Of a stretch of 64,000 nucleotides of DNA, positions 9,464 to 19,738 are shown one piece after another. A program made the translations under genes and the position numbers. The notes below the pieces were generated by a model. The model searched no databases, was not told where the DNA came from, and saw only the letters and a list, made by a program, of their open reading frames with translations. This DNA is from Pachysolen tannophilus NRRL Y-2460 (lineage: Eukaryota): contig KV454011.1 in the NCBI GenBank assembly GCA_001661245.1, positions 186,001-250,000 of the forward strand, written 5' to 3'. Each line of letters opens with the position of its first letter. The stretch's first letter is position 1.

Positions 9464-11713
9464 CTATAGATTGTTTAGAATTGCTTGTTCGTTGCAGACT
9501 TCTAGATTGTCATGATGCTGGTCTTTTAAGCTCAGGTTTCCCTTTCCTGAACTGTTGTAGCTTACAATGCTTACGTTGTCCAAAGATTCTCCTTCGCAAG
9601 ACAACGATAACCCGGAAACTTCATTGACGAATTGGTAGAAGTCATATGATCTTTCCATCTCTTCGTTTACTCCATTTTCAAGGTCATTGGAAGCCTGAGA
9701 TGATAGGCTTTCATCTTTGCTAGTAGTGCTGCTGTGAATACCATTCACTGTCTTCAAAGAACTACGCTTACTTCTACCACCACCACCAGAAGAAGAAGAA
9801 GAAGAAGAAGAAGAAGAAGAACCTGAATATCTAGGGAAATGATCTTCTATCAGTTCTATTATATTTTGGCTAATTTTTGAATTTTTCAAATCAAATTCCG
9901 TGATATAAGGCTTACCTTGACTTAATTCTTCAAAACATTTCATTGCTTCATTAGCACTCATATAGTTATTATCGTCATTGATTAAATCGTTTATTACATT
10001 GATAAATGAACCAAACCCAATTCCCATTTCTCTTTCATCACTATGCTTATATATGTCAAATATCTCTTGCACTTCTTCTAGAGCCAATTCAAAACCAATG
10101 GTTTTCAAAGATTCTGCAAATTCGCCATAATTCAAATGATTTTTTTTCCCATGATCAAATTTTTTAAAAATTATCTCAAATTCTTCAATTTGTAATGGTG
10201 TTAAATTATTATTATCATTTTCAGGTAAATTGTTTCTTGCAGAAAATTGGTTTTCAATAAATGATAATTTCTCAACAACCAAGTTTTTCAATAATGAACA
10301 TTCATATCTTAATTCATCATATGTAGATGCATTATAAAGATCATTATCTTCAATATTACTTGCAATACACTTTTCATTAAGCAGAGAAATACTTTTCAAT
10401 GGCTTTTCTAAAAGTTTTAAATCTTCGCTTAGCTGAGAAATCATTTCAAGTTGATCTTCTAAATTAGAGTTTAAATTTTCTAATTGACTGTATAATTTAT
10501 TTATCTTAACGTTGATGTCCATTGAGAGACTAGCAAAATTTTCACACATTGTTTTCTGAATTTCTTGAAGTTCTTTATTTATGGATTTTGAAACTTGTAA
10601 TTCCAATTCACTTAATTTCAACCATAAACAATCAATAAACTTTGTTGTAAGATTTTCTGGGGGGTCATAAGGGTGTAAGCAATACGTTAATAATTTTGTC
10701 TTCACGTTATTTAATAATATAATTAATTCTGATTTTTCCTTTAGCCATTTTCTCTTGAGATTATTTTTGTAGATTTTATTAAAGTTATTTTTTTCCAGTA
10801 AGATTGTTTGATAATCACCATAATCTCCTTTGCTAGTATGACATTCAATCTTTGACTGCCATTTAGAAATTTGCAAATTAAGTTCATGAATCAAGCACCT
10901 GGCTCTTTTTTCATAATTATTTTGCAAATCTAAAACACTCATTGCAATACCTATAAATTTTTCAATTTTTTCAGAACTTTTCTGTTTTTCAACTTCCATA
11001 TGTTCCATATCATGGAATTTATTATACCATTCAATTAAATATGACACCACTGTTTTCTCATCTGGTATTTCTTTCAGTAAATCTTCACAATCTAATAATT
11101 GTGGTATTCCTAATTCATTTGTAGCTATATTTAATGCCTGTTGAATATTTGACAAATTATTTGTTGGATTTAACGATTCAAAATTTAATAATTCAGGTTT
11201 ATATCTATGTATTATAGCACATAACGCTAAACCATCATTCCAACTTGTGGTAAAATTCTCAACATTAACATTTGAGTGATTTTTAGTACAGCTTTGACAC
11301 CAAAGTAATAATTCAGCTTTTCTAGAACTTGCAAGACTGTTCTTGTGATTTATCATGGAAAATTGTAAAATTAAAGACCATACTAAACCCAAGATCAATT
11401 TCAAATTCCCCTCTTGAATATCTTCTGCTCCTATATTATACAAGTTGATGCTATTATTAAATTTTATGAATTCCAAAGCGTAGTTGATATTTTCAACACA
11501 TTGAATACCTAACTTTGGGTTCTCATAAATTGGTCTTATCTTCAAATCAGTATGGTTTCGTGAAATCACAGATAATAATTCTATCAAGACAACACCATCT
11601 GATAAATCTTTGGCCAAATTCTCTACTTTCCTAGCTGGTAACTTTGAGTTTATCCATCTTAAAAAAGTCTTGTGTTGGGCCTCAGCCCATTCAGGAACCT
11701 GAATATTGGCCAT
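9464..11713 (-). CDS. Alpha-actinin-like protein (CH1-CH2 actin-binding domain, helical spectrin-like rod, EF-hands)
   Basis: QHKTFLRWIN, IGAEDIQEGNLKLILGLVWSLIL, LLLWCQ...VENFTTSWNDGLALCAIIHRYKPELL, LGIPQLLDCED...PDEK; EF-hand FDHGKKNHLNYGEF; late GKPYITEFDL. Confidence 0.88.
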   Translation of the reverse strand: MANIQVPEWAEAQHKTFLRWINSKLPARKVENLAKDLSDGVVLIELLSVISRNHTDLKIRPIYENPKLGIQCVENINYALEFIKFNNSINLYNIGAEDIQEGNLKLILGLVWSLILQFSMINHKNSLASSRKAELLLWCQSCTKNHSNVNVENFTTSWNDGLALCAIIHRYKPELLNFESLNPTNNLSNIQQALNIATNELGIPQLLDCEDLLKEIPDEKTVVSYLIEWYNKFHDMEHMEVEKQKSSEKIEKFIGIAMSVLDLQNNYEKRARCLIHELNLQISKWQSKIECHTSKGDYGDYQTILLEKNNFNKIYKNNLKRKWLKEKSELIILLNNVKTKLLTYCLHPYDPPENLTTKFIDCLWLKLSELELQVSKSINKELQEIQKTMCENFASLSMDINVKINKLYSQLENLNSNLEDQLEMISQLSEDLKLLEKPLKSISLLNEKCIASNIEDNDLYNASTYDELRYECSLLKNLVVEKLSFIENQFSARNNLPENDNNNLTPLQIEEFEIIFKKFDHGKKNHLNYGEFAESLKTIGFELALEEVQEIFDIYKHSDEREMGIGFGSFINVINDLINDDNNYMSANEAMKCFEELSQGKPYITEFDLKNSKISQNIIELIEDHFPRYSGSSSSSSSSSSSGGGGRSKRSSLKTVNGIHSSTTSKDESLSSQASNDLENGVNEEMERSYDFYQFVNEVSGLSLSCEGESLDNVSIVSYNSSGKGNLSLKDQHHDNLEVCNEQAILNNL

Positions 11714-12121
11714 ATATGTGAATATTTAAAAAATCACGGAAATATTCGCAACAGGAAAATCTTCTTCTTTAATATATTTAAAATTTCTCTTTTATTTCTT
11801 CTTTAGTGGACTCGTATAAGATCAGTTTCAAGCAATAAACTGTAATGATCAACTTGAAACGATGCGTTTTAACGTATGAAACGATTTAACATTTTAAGAA
11901 ACTTTTAGAGCTCAACCTCAACTTCAACCACAACCTCAACCTCCGCTATGGTAAAGAAAATTAGTACCACCGCGCCCTTCATGCAAGATGCAGTAAATCT
12001 GAAAAATTAACGCGTTAAATTATTAATCCAAAACAGGAAATTTTTGTTTTAAATTTGATCATTTTTCAATTGCTTTACCTGTAAGACGAGTTAAATGCTC
12101 ATCTACTTTTGTATATATAGA

Positions 12122-12151
12122 GGTTACGGTTACGGTTACGGTTACGGTTAC
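12122..12151 (+). repeat. (GGTTAC)5 hexamer tandem repeat
   Basis: ggttacggttacggttacggttacggttac, read directly. Confidence 0.9.
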
Positions 12152-12327
12152 GAATATGGGGAAACAATTCTGTAAAATGTGAACTTAATGGAGTTTAAGC
12201 GATTGTAAAAAATTCCACAATCTTAATGTATATTGATAATAATATATACTGCACAACGTTAAAATGTGCTAATACTGGTATCATGTTACTTAAGTTTGAA
12301 ATGAAACATTAGCACGACTGTTGTAAA

Positions 12328-12443
12328 CTCCCGGTGGCCAAGTTGGCTAAGGCGCGAGACTGTAATTGTTCTCACCTTCAACATTTAAAATTGAGGGTAA
12401 AATAGTAATCTTGAGATCGGGTGTTCGATTCACCCCCGGGAGA
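12328..12443 (+). tRNA. tRNA-Tyr(GTA) with 42-nt intron (12366-12407)
   Basis: Acceptor CTCCCGG/CCGGGAG+A; anticodon stem CGAGA/TCTTG around CT-GTA-A; T arm GGGTG TTCGATT CACCC; poly-T terminator follows. Confidence 0.96.
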
Positions 12444-12673
12444 ATTTTTTTTTTTATTTTTTAATTTTTTTTTTTTCACTTTTTTTGGCGTGAGGCTCAC
12501 TCATATCGAGAATATTATATATATATGTACTACAAAAAATAGGTTGGTGCCTTTGCATCCAAACTTAACATCATCAGAAAGCTAGAATTGAAATTTGTAA
12601 AAAGTAAAAATGTCCCAAAAGTATAAGAAATGTAAACTATTAGTAAGAAGTCAATAAAAGGGTATAAATAAGT

Positions 12674-12713
<40 letters not shown>

Positions 12714-12737
12714 TAGGTAGATTGTGATTTATATTTT

Positions 12738-14711
12738 CTAGTTGTAGTAACACTCTCCAGAGATTCTTTTCAATAAATCGAAATCGTATAGGTCTGCATT
12801 TTTCATATGATGATGATCTTCCACGATGGAACTGTTACTTCTATTTTCGGTGGTGAAGTCTTTGGCAATGGCACCCGTACCACTGTTGGTATCATCTAAT
12901 GAAATAAGTTGTGCATTTTTTCTAACATCCACTAATACTTTTATCTGATTTTGAGTATCTTCGGATAATTCCTCGAATTTACTATTTGCTAATAATTTCA
13001 ATCCATCTAACCATATATAAGATGCTTCTTTAGTGTCAGTGTAAAAACTTAATAATGTTTTCTTATTCTTACCTATTAGAGTAATCTTCTCGTATGAAGA
13101 TTTACTCTTAATTGTGATTAACCTAGAATTCTCTGGAACTTGCTTACCGTTATCAACAGGTGTAGCTTCAAAATTTGCAATTGAATTTATGTCTAGAACG
13201 TGACCAGTTTTGTCAATGTTTGGAGTTTGTTTCGATTTAGATTTAAATTCTTTATATATGATTGCCAAGTTATTTGGAGAAAGTATCAAGAAATACATCT
13301 GTGGTTTCCTCGAACCAGTATTATTCTGCAGTTGCTGCTGTTGCTGTATGCGGACAGGGTTTTCTGCATATACCCATGAGCCTTTAGAAAGATTTAATAA
13401 TCTTTGTTCTTTGATGAAATTCATCACTTCAGATTGTAAAAACTTATCAAAACTAGTATTCATCCATGCTGCAGAATGACGTTCTCTAATTTCTCTTAAT
13501 TGAATCTTCCTTAAATCAGCGTATGAGAATTTATTTAAGGCTCCCAAGACTTCACCCATAGAACTTCCACTACCTAACAGTGTATCTGCATGAGTATACA
13601 GTGTATGAATACTTTTGATTATAATAGGAACGTCTTTCAGTTCTGCATTCGATGTCTTCCAAATTCGAAGCATTTGAAGCATACCTACATAAAACAAAGA
13701 ATCAACACTATAAAGACGGTTTTTCAAATTTATATAATTCTTGGTCAACAACACATCATCAAAGAGAAAATCAGAGACTGCCATAGCTGCAATTGAAAGT
13801 GGGAAACAAGAGCTTTCATCAGCAAAAATTAACTGTTCCGAATATTCCTTTTTAAAGGTTAAATTTGGATCATGAAGAAAAGAAATAATATCAATTAAAT
13901 TGGTAATACTATAATTTTCAAGAATATATCTTTTTGGATCAGATGACAAACCAGCAGTGACATAATCAAATCTTGTTGATTGAGAAACTGATGGATTTAA
14001 ATTTTTGGCATATAATTCCAAGAGCTCATGTACATAAAGATGATAATTTTTGGATTTCGTATGGTAGTTTTCAGTATTTAAACAACGCTTACAATTGATA
14101 ATAGATCTTGTTAAATCTTGAATATCTTTACCAAATTTACCAAAAAGTGAACTATCTTCTGTTAACGCAGTAATACTCATGAAAAAAGTTGAATCACGAA
14201 TAGTTTTCATGAAAACAATTAATTCACCAAATTTTTTTTCAACAGCGCTACTTAATAATCTTGAAATAAATTGAATTGAAAATGAAATAGTGCTAAAAGT
14301 ATTACCTGAAATTAATTTGGCCGTTATAACATCAACAATTTGTATATTTTTACAAATTGCATTCAATACAGGAATCGTATTTGTTGAAATACTACCTTTC
14401 AACAATGCAATTGAAAAAATCAATATGCAATCAAATGTAGCTGCTTGTAAGTTTGGAGATACAATGGAAAATAAGCACTGATAAAATTTCTCATCCAATA
14501 CCAAACTCAATTCTTCTGATTGTGGCAAAATTTCAACCAACTTGGATAGTATAACTATACTGTTAACTTTCTCTAATTTGTCTGAACCAACAATATGTGT
14601 TTTCAAATTCTCAAGAAGTTTTTGTGAACTTTGGACATCCAAAGTCGCTGAGGGATTTTTCCTAATGAATTCATTAACCTTATGATTGATCGTAGTTGTA
14701 TTATCCACCAT
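12738..14711 (-). CDS. LMO1: ELMO/CED-12 homologue with C-terminal PH domain
   Basis: FPLSIAAMAVSDFL, IWKTSNAE, FIKEQRLLNLSKGSW (ELMO-to-PH junction), YIWLDGLKLL. Confidence 0.82.
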   Translation of the reverse strand: MVDNTTTINHKVNEFIRKNPSATLDVQSSQKLLENLKTHIVGSDKLEKVNSIVILSKLVEILPQSEELSLVLDEKFYQCLFSIVSPNLQAATFDCILIFSIALLKGSISTNTIPVLNAICKNIQIVDVITAKLISGNTFSTISFSIQFISRLLSSAVEKKFGELIVFMKTIRDSTFFMSITALTEDSSLFGKFGKDIQDLTRSIINCKRCLNTENYHTKSKNYHLYVHELLELYAKNLNPSVSQSTRFDYVTAGLSSDPKRYILENYSITNLIDIISFLHDPNLTFKKEYSEQLIFADESSCFPLSIAAMAVSDFLFDDVLLTKNYINLKNRLYSVDSLFYVGMLQMLRIWKTSNAELKDVPIIIKSIHTLYTHADTLLGSGSSMGEVLGALNKFSYADLRKIQLREIRERHSAAWMNTSFDKFLQSEVMNFIKEQRLLNLSKGSWVYAENPVRIQQQQQLQNNTGSRKPQMYFLILSPNNLAIIYKEFKSKSKQTPNIDKTGHVLDINSIANFEATPVDNGKQVPENSRLITIKSKSSYEKITLIGKNKKTLLSFYTDTKEASYIWLDGLKLLANSKFEELSEDTQNQIKVLVDVRKNAQLISLDDTNSGTGAIAKDFTTENRSNSSIVEDHHHMKNADLYDFDLLKRISGECYYN

Positions 14712-16062
14712 ATCCTAAATTCTAAATTTGCAAAATATAAATATCTCCAACTTCAAACTTTACTATCAATAAGTAACAGTTTATCAAAGCATAAATAGGG
14801 AGTACGGTTTATTTTTATAAAATTATCACTTATTTCTCACCTTATCCTTTTTTTTTTCACTCCTCGAGGACTGAAAAAACTATGGTCGTGCACTTTGAAA
14901 CTAAAAAATATACTAAAACGACAGCCCTTGTCTCTGGAAGTAAATGGTTTATGGAATATGGGAACAATGAACAACGACAATAAACCAGTTCAAAGATATT
15001 TGTATATAGTTCAATTCAGGTGAGAGAGATGAAGAAGAAGTAGAAGATCTTACAGGCACTAATTTTTTTTTTTTTTGTTTTTGAGTTTTAAGTCTGTTTT
15101 TCTATTTTTTGGTGTTTTCAGTGGTTTTGAACCTCTTTTCCAAGCGTAAGGTTAAGGTTTCGCTCGCTCGTCCCTGGTTATGAATGATGATCGATCAATA
15201 TGTCCCAGACCTGAACTAATTACAAACCTATACCATCTTAATGACAATTTTTCTTGTTCTAAAAGAGAAGAGACTGCAAAAATGCTGTTCCTGGATTATA
15301 TATCAACTGCTCTATGTGCTGATATAGGTTAAAACGCAGCCACCTCCTGGTTAATCCAAAATGGCCTTGCCCTTTAGCACGGCTGTTACTAACCATTATT
15401 TGTAAAGGCACATAACCATTGACCGCAGAGGTTGTCCAGGTGGTCCTCCCCAAGCATTTTCAATCACATCTTTGGTGGTTGAAATCATTTCAATTGAACT
15501 GGGAAAAAATATCATTAATTCAAAAGAAGTCTTAGACTTAGCAGGTTAAATTGCTTGGCTAGATGATGTGTCAGCTAGTAAAAAGTAGCTTTCTCTTGTT
15601 TAGAAAAAGAGTAAAATAAATGTAATGACCAAAAAAAAAAGAGAGACAAGAATTGCAATAGTCGGTCGGATAAATGTAAATTGCAGTTTAACAGAAGACA
15701 CTTTGATGAGAGTAGACATATAAGGTCTCACTATCCAAAAATACTTTGCTAATATGTTAATAACATAAATAGAATGTTTAAATATTGTATTTAACGATTT
15801 TTCTTTTTTTTCTTTTTTTTTATTTTTTATTTTTTCTATATATATGTATAAATATATATTTTCTGGCTAAAGAACGCGGAGGTTTAATATAAAATATTCA
15901 AGATTTGTACACTGATATTCTTCTTCATCATTAATATTGCTTTCATCTTGAATATTGTCTTTCAGATTGGTTTTTGGGAAAACTAGTTATTTTTATCCCA
16001 AGTTTTTTTTTTTTACTCTCCTATATGCTTCAGCAACGATAGCAGGATTCGAGCCAGTTGGA

Positions 16063-17879
16063 ATGAGCCAAACATCAGTGATAGCAAAGGGTAATACCCT
16101 GTCTTCTAAAGTTCAGCTACTGGATCAAAGAATCAAAGAGCAAGCTTTGTCATTGTGAGTATGAGTATATCCGTATAAGATTTGTTTATACCTAGGGAGA
16201 TTCCTTACTAACCTTCTTTTTCTAGATTGAAAACCATTCATGATCCGTCTAAATCCCTATATTGTAGAATAGAGCACAAAACAACTAAGATGATCTCATC
16301 TGTACAGATGTGTGATCATTCGCACTTAAAACCAGTGTGGTCGGAAGATATGATTTATTATTATAGTTGTATGTTAATGGACAGGTATTTAAACCCGGAA
16401 CTCAAGTTGGGTATTTTTAGAGATTCAGAAAGAAATGGGCCCAAACTTTCTCGTGATTGTGTTTTCCATCCTTTTAAATACCAAGATGATTGGCATTTGG
16501 CTATTTTCCATAACGTTTCGAGAAAGATCATACTTATAGATTGTAATTGTAGCTCAGAAAATTCGGTAATCTTTCAGGATGGTTGCTTGTCTGTATCCCA
16601 AATGGATAAAGATTTTTTATTCAGTATTGGACTTAAACATGCTAAAAAGTTTCCATATGTATTTAGAGTTTCAAAACTTTTCACTAGGATTTCGGATGCT
16701 AATGCTAAGAATGTCTTGGGAGTCATTTATGGTATATGTTGTACTAAAAACATCTTAGATTTTTTAGATGGCGCAAACACAAAATTTAACAAGTTTGATA
16801 TTTCATTATTTTTCACCCAGGAGTTTCAGCAATTCGATAGGCACACCATTGATAAAATATATCTAACGCCTGCTGTTTTTAATGAATTGGAAGCTATAGA
16901 GAACCTGCCGAAGGAGGCCAAGAAAAGGAAAGAAAAAAAAAGCAATAACACCATACAACTGTCGTCTTCAGAGTCATTTGTGTTAGAACATGAAAATCAG
17001 TTGCTGCAAGAAAAGCCAACATCACTGAAAAAACTGGGTGTCACGAATTATCCCACTCCACCTTTAGACCCTAGTCATAATCTAGATGTAAATAATAGGG
17101 GCACTAAGAATCGGAAAAAATTAACGAAGGCAACAACCAATAGGAAAAAACTCAAGATCACTTTAATACCAGAGGACTATTTTGTTTCTAAAGATATTGC
17201 AACACAATTTAGACGTGATATTTATGGAAACATGTATGAATTTGAGGATCCAAATCTTTTGGATCAAATGCTAGATTTTTTCCAGAAATGTTTATCAAAA
17301 GAATATAGCAAAGAGGAGTACGCTTTTTGTCCAATAATGTGTAAAGATGTTGTCAATGCCGCTATTTTCATTCTAAAAAATAGAGAGAAAAAATTTGATT
17401 ACGATGATGAATATTTCGCAGAGGATTTAAAAATTGATAACGAAAGTCAAATATTCCCTGTATTTTTACATCAGACAAATCTTTACCTCTTGGAATTTAA
17501 ATGTAAGGATAAGTATCATACTTACATTAATATCTTGGAGGTCACTAAGAAAACAAACACCAGAGATATCTTAAGTACACCGATTTTGAAAAAATTAGTT
17601 GAACGCTACGCTTTTATCAATAACAGGAAAATTATGGAGGTAAACGCAGCAAAATTTTTTCTTCCAGATTCATGTTTGCATAACTTGATAATGACAATGT
17701 TTTTCATTGTGGCGAAATCGATCAAAAATAAATCTTTTTCAATCAAAGACAAAATGGATATCACTCTGATAAATGATTTTTCAAAAAACTTAAAAGAAAT
17801 GATGTTGGCAATCGAAATGGATGACAGTCAAAAGAGAGATCGTGCTTATCTTGCGATGATGGAAACCTTACAGATTTAA
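16063..17879 (+). CDS. Orphan protein of about 581 aa, possibly two degenerate Ulp1/C48-like domains; exons 16063-16154 and 16226-17879
   Basis: ATG at 16063; phase-2 intron GTGAGT (16155)...TACTAAC (16206)...TAG (16225) joins in frame to the 550-codon ORF. The gene is well supported; its function is inferred only. Confidence 0.75.
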
Positions 17880-18098
17880 AGACCAACAACAACAACAACA
17901 AAAAAAAAGGAAGGAGTTCTTGCTATTTTATTTAACATGTTTAGTTTAGTTATTTTAATTTTTTGTTTCAATTCTTCTTACTAATTGTTCTGTATATTAT
18001 GAATTTTAGTTCTTGCTAATTCGGGTTATCTTATTTATCTTATTCAACAAATTTCTGATTGATTCATTATAAAATACAAGTTATATACAAGTTTCAAA

Positions 18099-19583
18099 TC
18101 AAACATCCAAAGATTTCAATATCTCAGACGTTTGTAAGACCCTATCGTCATCACCAAACTGTCCCATTATCTGAATACCGATTGGAACATCATTGGATGA
18201 TCTCCATGGAATGCTGATTGTTGGCAATCCTGCTAATGATGCAGGAATAGTCAACACATCATTAACGTAAGAGTTGGTTGGGCTTGAATGATCCTTTGCT
18301 TCAAAATCTTCTAATTTTGGTGCAGCAGTCATTGATGTTGGCGAGATTAAAAAGTCAATGATCCCAGTACTGTCATTGACCTTATTTCTTGACAAAATAT
18401 TTTCAAATCTAAATATCTGGTCAAATTCTACACGCAACTGTTTTCTAATTAACTGTGCCTTAATGAAATTATTTTCAAACAGTTCTGATGATAAATTATA
18501 AGTCCCCATCAATATTCTTCTCTTTACTTCATCTCCAAATCCTTTTGTTCTTGTAGGGGCAAATAATACACCGTTTTCACTATCTTTAGAAGATGAATCT
18601 GAAAACCTGAAACCATATCTTATCCCATCATATCTTGCAAGGTTAGACGATGCCTCTGCTGGGGCTAATGTGTAGTATGCAGGTAATGAGTTTTTTATGG
18701 AAGGTATTGATATTTTAATGATTTCATGACCCAGTTTTTGTAATTTCGACAAGCAGTCAAACCACGCCTTAGACACTTCTGGAGATAAATCTGAAACGTT
18801 GAATTCTTCTGCTACACCAATCTTCAAAATATTCCTGTCGGGTCTTGAATACTCTTTGGATACTAAATCATCTATCTCCAGTCTTTTCTCCGGATCTAAT
18901 GAAGTCGGATCCTTTACATCGTACTTATTCAAAATTTTGTAAACTTCACGAACCGTATCCAAATCATTAGCAATAATCCCGACCGTGTCTAAACTCTGAG
19001 CATATGCAATAACACCCCAACGTGAAATTCTCCCATAAGAAGGTTTGAAACCTAACACACCACAATAAGCAGCTGGCAATCTTACAGAACCACCGGTATC
19101 AGTTCCAATACCAAAATTTGCCAACCCACTAGCTACTGCAGCTGCAGTACCACCAGAAGAGCCACCAGCTACTCTTTTTTCCTCTGGAAATAACGGATTA
19201 AGTGTAGCACCAAAAATCGAATGGGTTGTCAGTGAACCCATTCCAAACTCGTCTAGATTCGTCTTTCCAATTATCACCGTACCGTTTTCTTCCAAAATTT
19301 TCGTTATTGTCGATTCAAATGGACTCCTATAATCACGTAGCATTTTTGATGCACAAGTCGTCGGCTCGCTCATTGTAACGATATTATCCTTTATCACAGC
19401 TAGCTGGCAACTCAACTTCCCATCAGCATTTCCCAAATCATGAATTTTGTTCAATTTGTCCTTCAATAAAGAACTGGGCCGTATACTAGTAAAAATATTA
19501 TATTTAGCTTGGCATTCTTGAATTTTATCTAAAGATCTCAATGACTTCAAGAACGTCTCCTTCAACTGCAAAGAGGAAGACAT
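18099..19583 (-). CDS. HER2: Mitochondrial glutamyl-tRNA(Gln) amidotransferase subunit A (GatA)
   Basis: Amidase signature IKDNI, GKTNLDEFGMGS, GGSSGG, GTDTGGSVRLPA; AEASSNLARYDGIRYG; ATG at 19583. Confidence 0.94.
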   Translation of the reverse strand: MSSSLQLKETFLKSLRSLDKIQECQAKYNIFTSIRPSSLLKDKLNKIHDLGNADGKLSCQLAVIKDNIVTMSEPTTCASKMLRDYRSPFESTITKILEENGTVIIGKTNLDEFGMGSLTTHSIFGATLNPLFPEEKRVAGGSSGGTAAAVASGLANFGIGTDTGGSVRLPAAYCGVLGFKPSYGRISRWGVIAYAQSLDTVGIIANDLDTVREVYKILNKYDVKDPTSLDPEKRLEIDDLVSKEYSRPDRNILKIGVAEEFNVSDLSPEVSKAWFDCLSKLQKLGHEIIKISIPSIKNSLPAYYTLAPAEASSNLARYDGIRYGFRFSDSSSKDSENGVLFAPTRTKGFGDEVKRRILMGTYNLSSELFENNFIKAQLIRKQLRVEFDQIFRFENILSRNKVNDSTGIIDFLISPTSMTAAPKLEDFEAKDHSSPTNSYVNDVLTIPASLAGLPTISIPWRSSNDVPIGIQIMGQFGDDDRVLQTSEILKSLDV

Positions 19584-19738
19584 TTCCCTCAACTTGAAAA
19601 GAGAGCAACGGAGTATTCAGAGGTATTAAAGATTGAACTATAAAAGGTGAAAAAAAAAGTCGTTGAAATATGTATATATATATATATACACCATACATAA
19701 AATATATATACGAAGTTGATAATAATTCAAATATCATA

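Noticed and set aside
15180..15453. Small ORFs in the LMO1-orphan gap (a 50-aa plus-strand ORF from 15180, and track ORF 15259-15453)
   Set aside because: Short, with no recognisable motifs; the track ORF has no ATG start.
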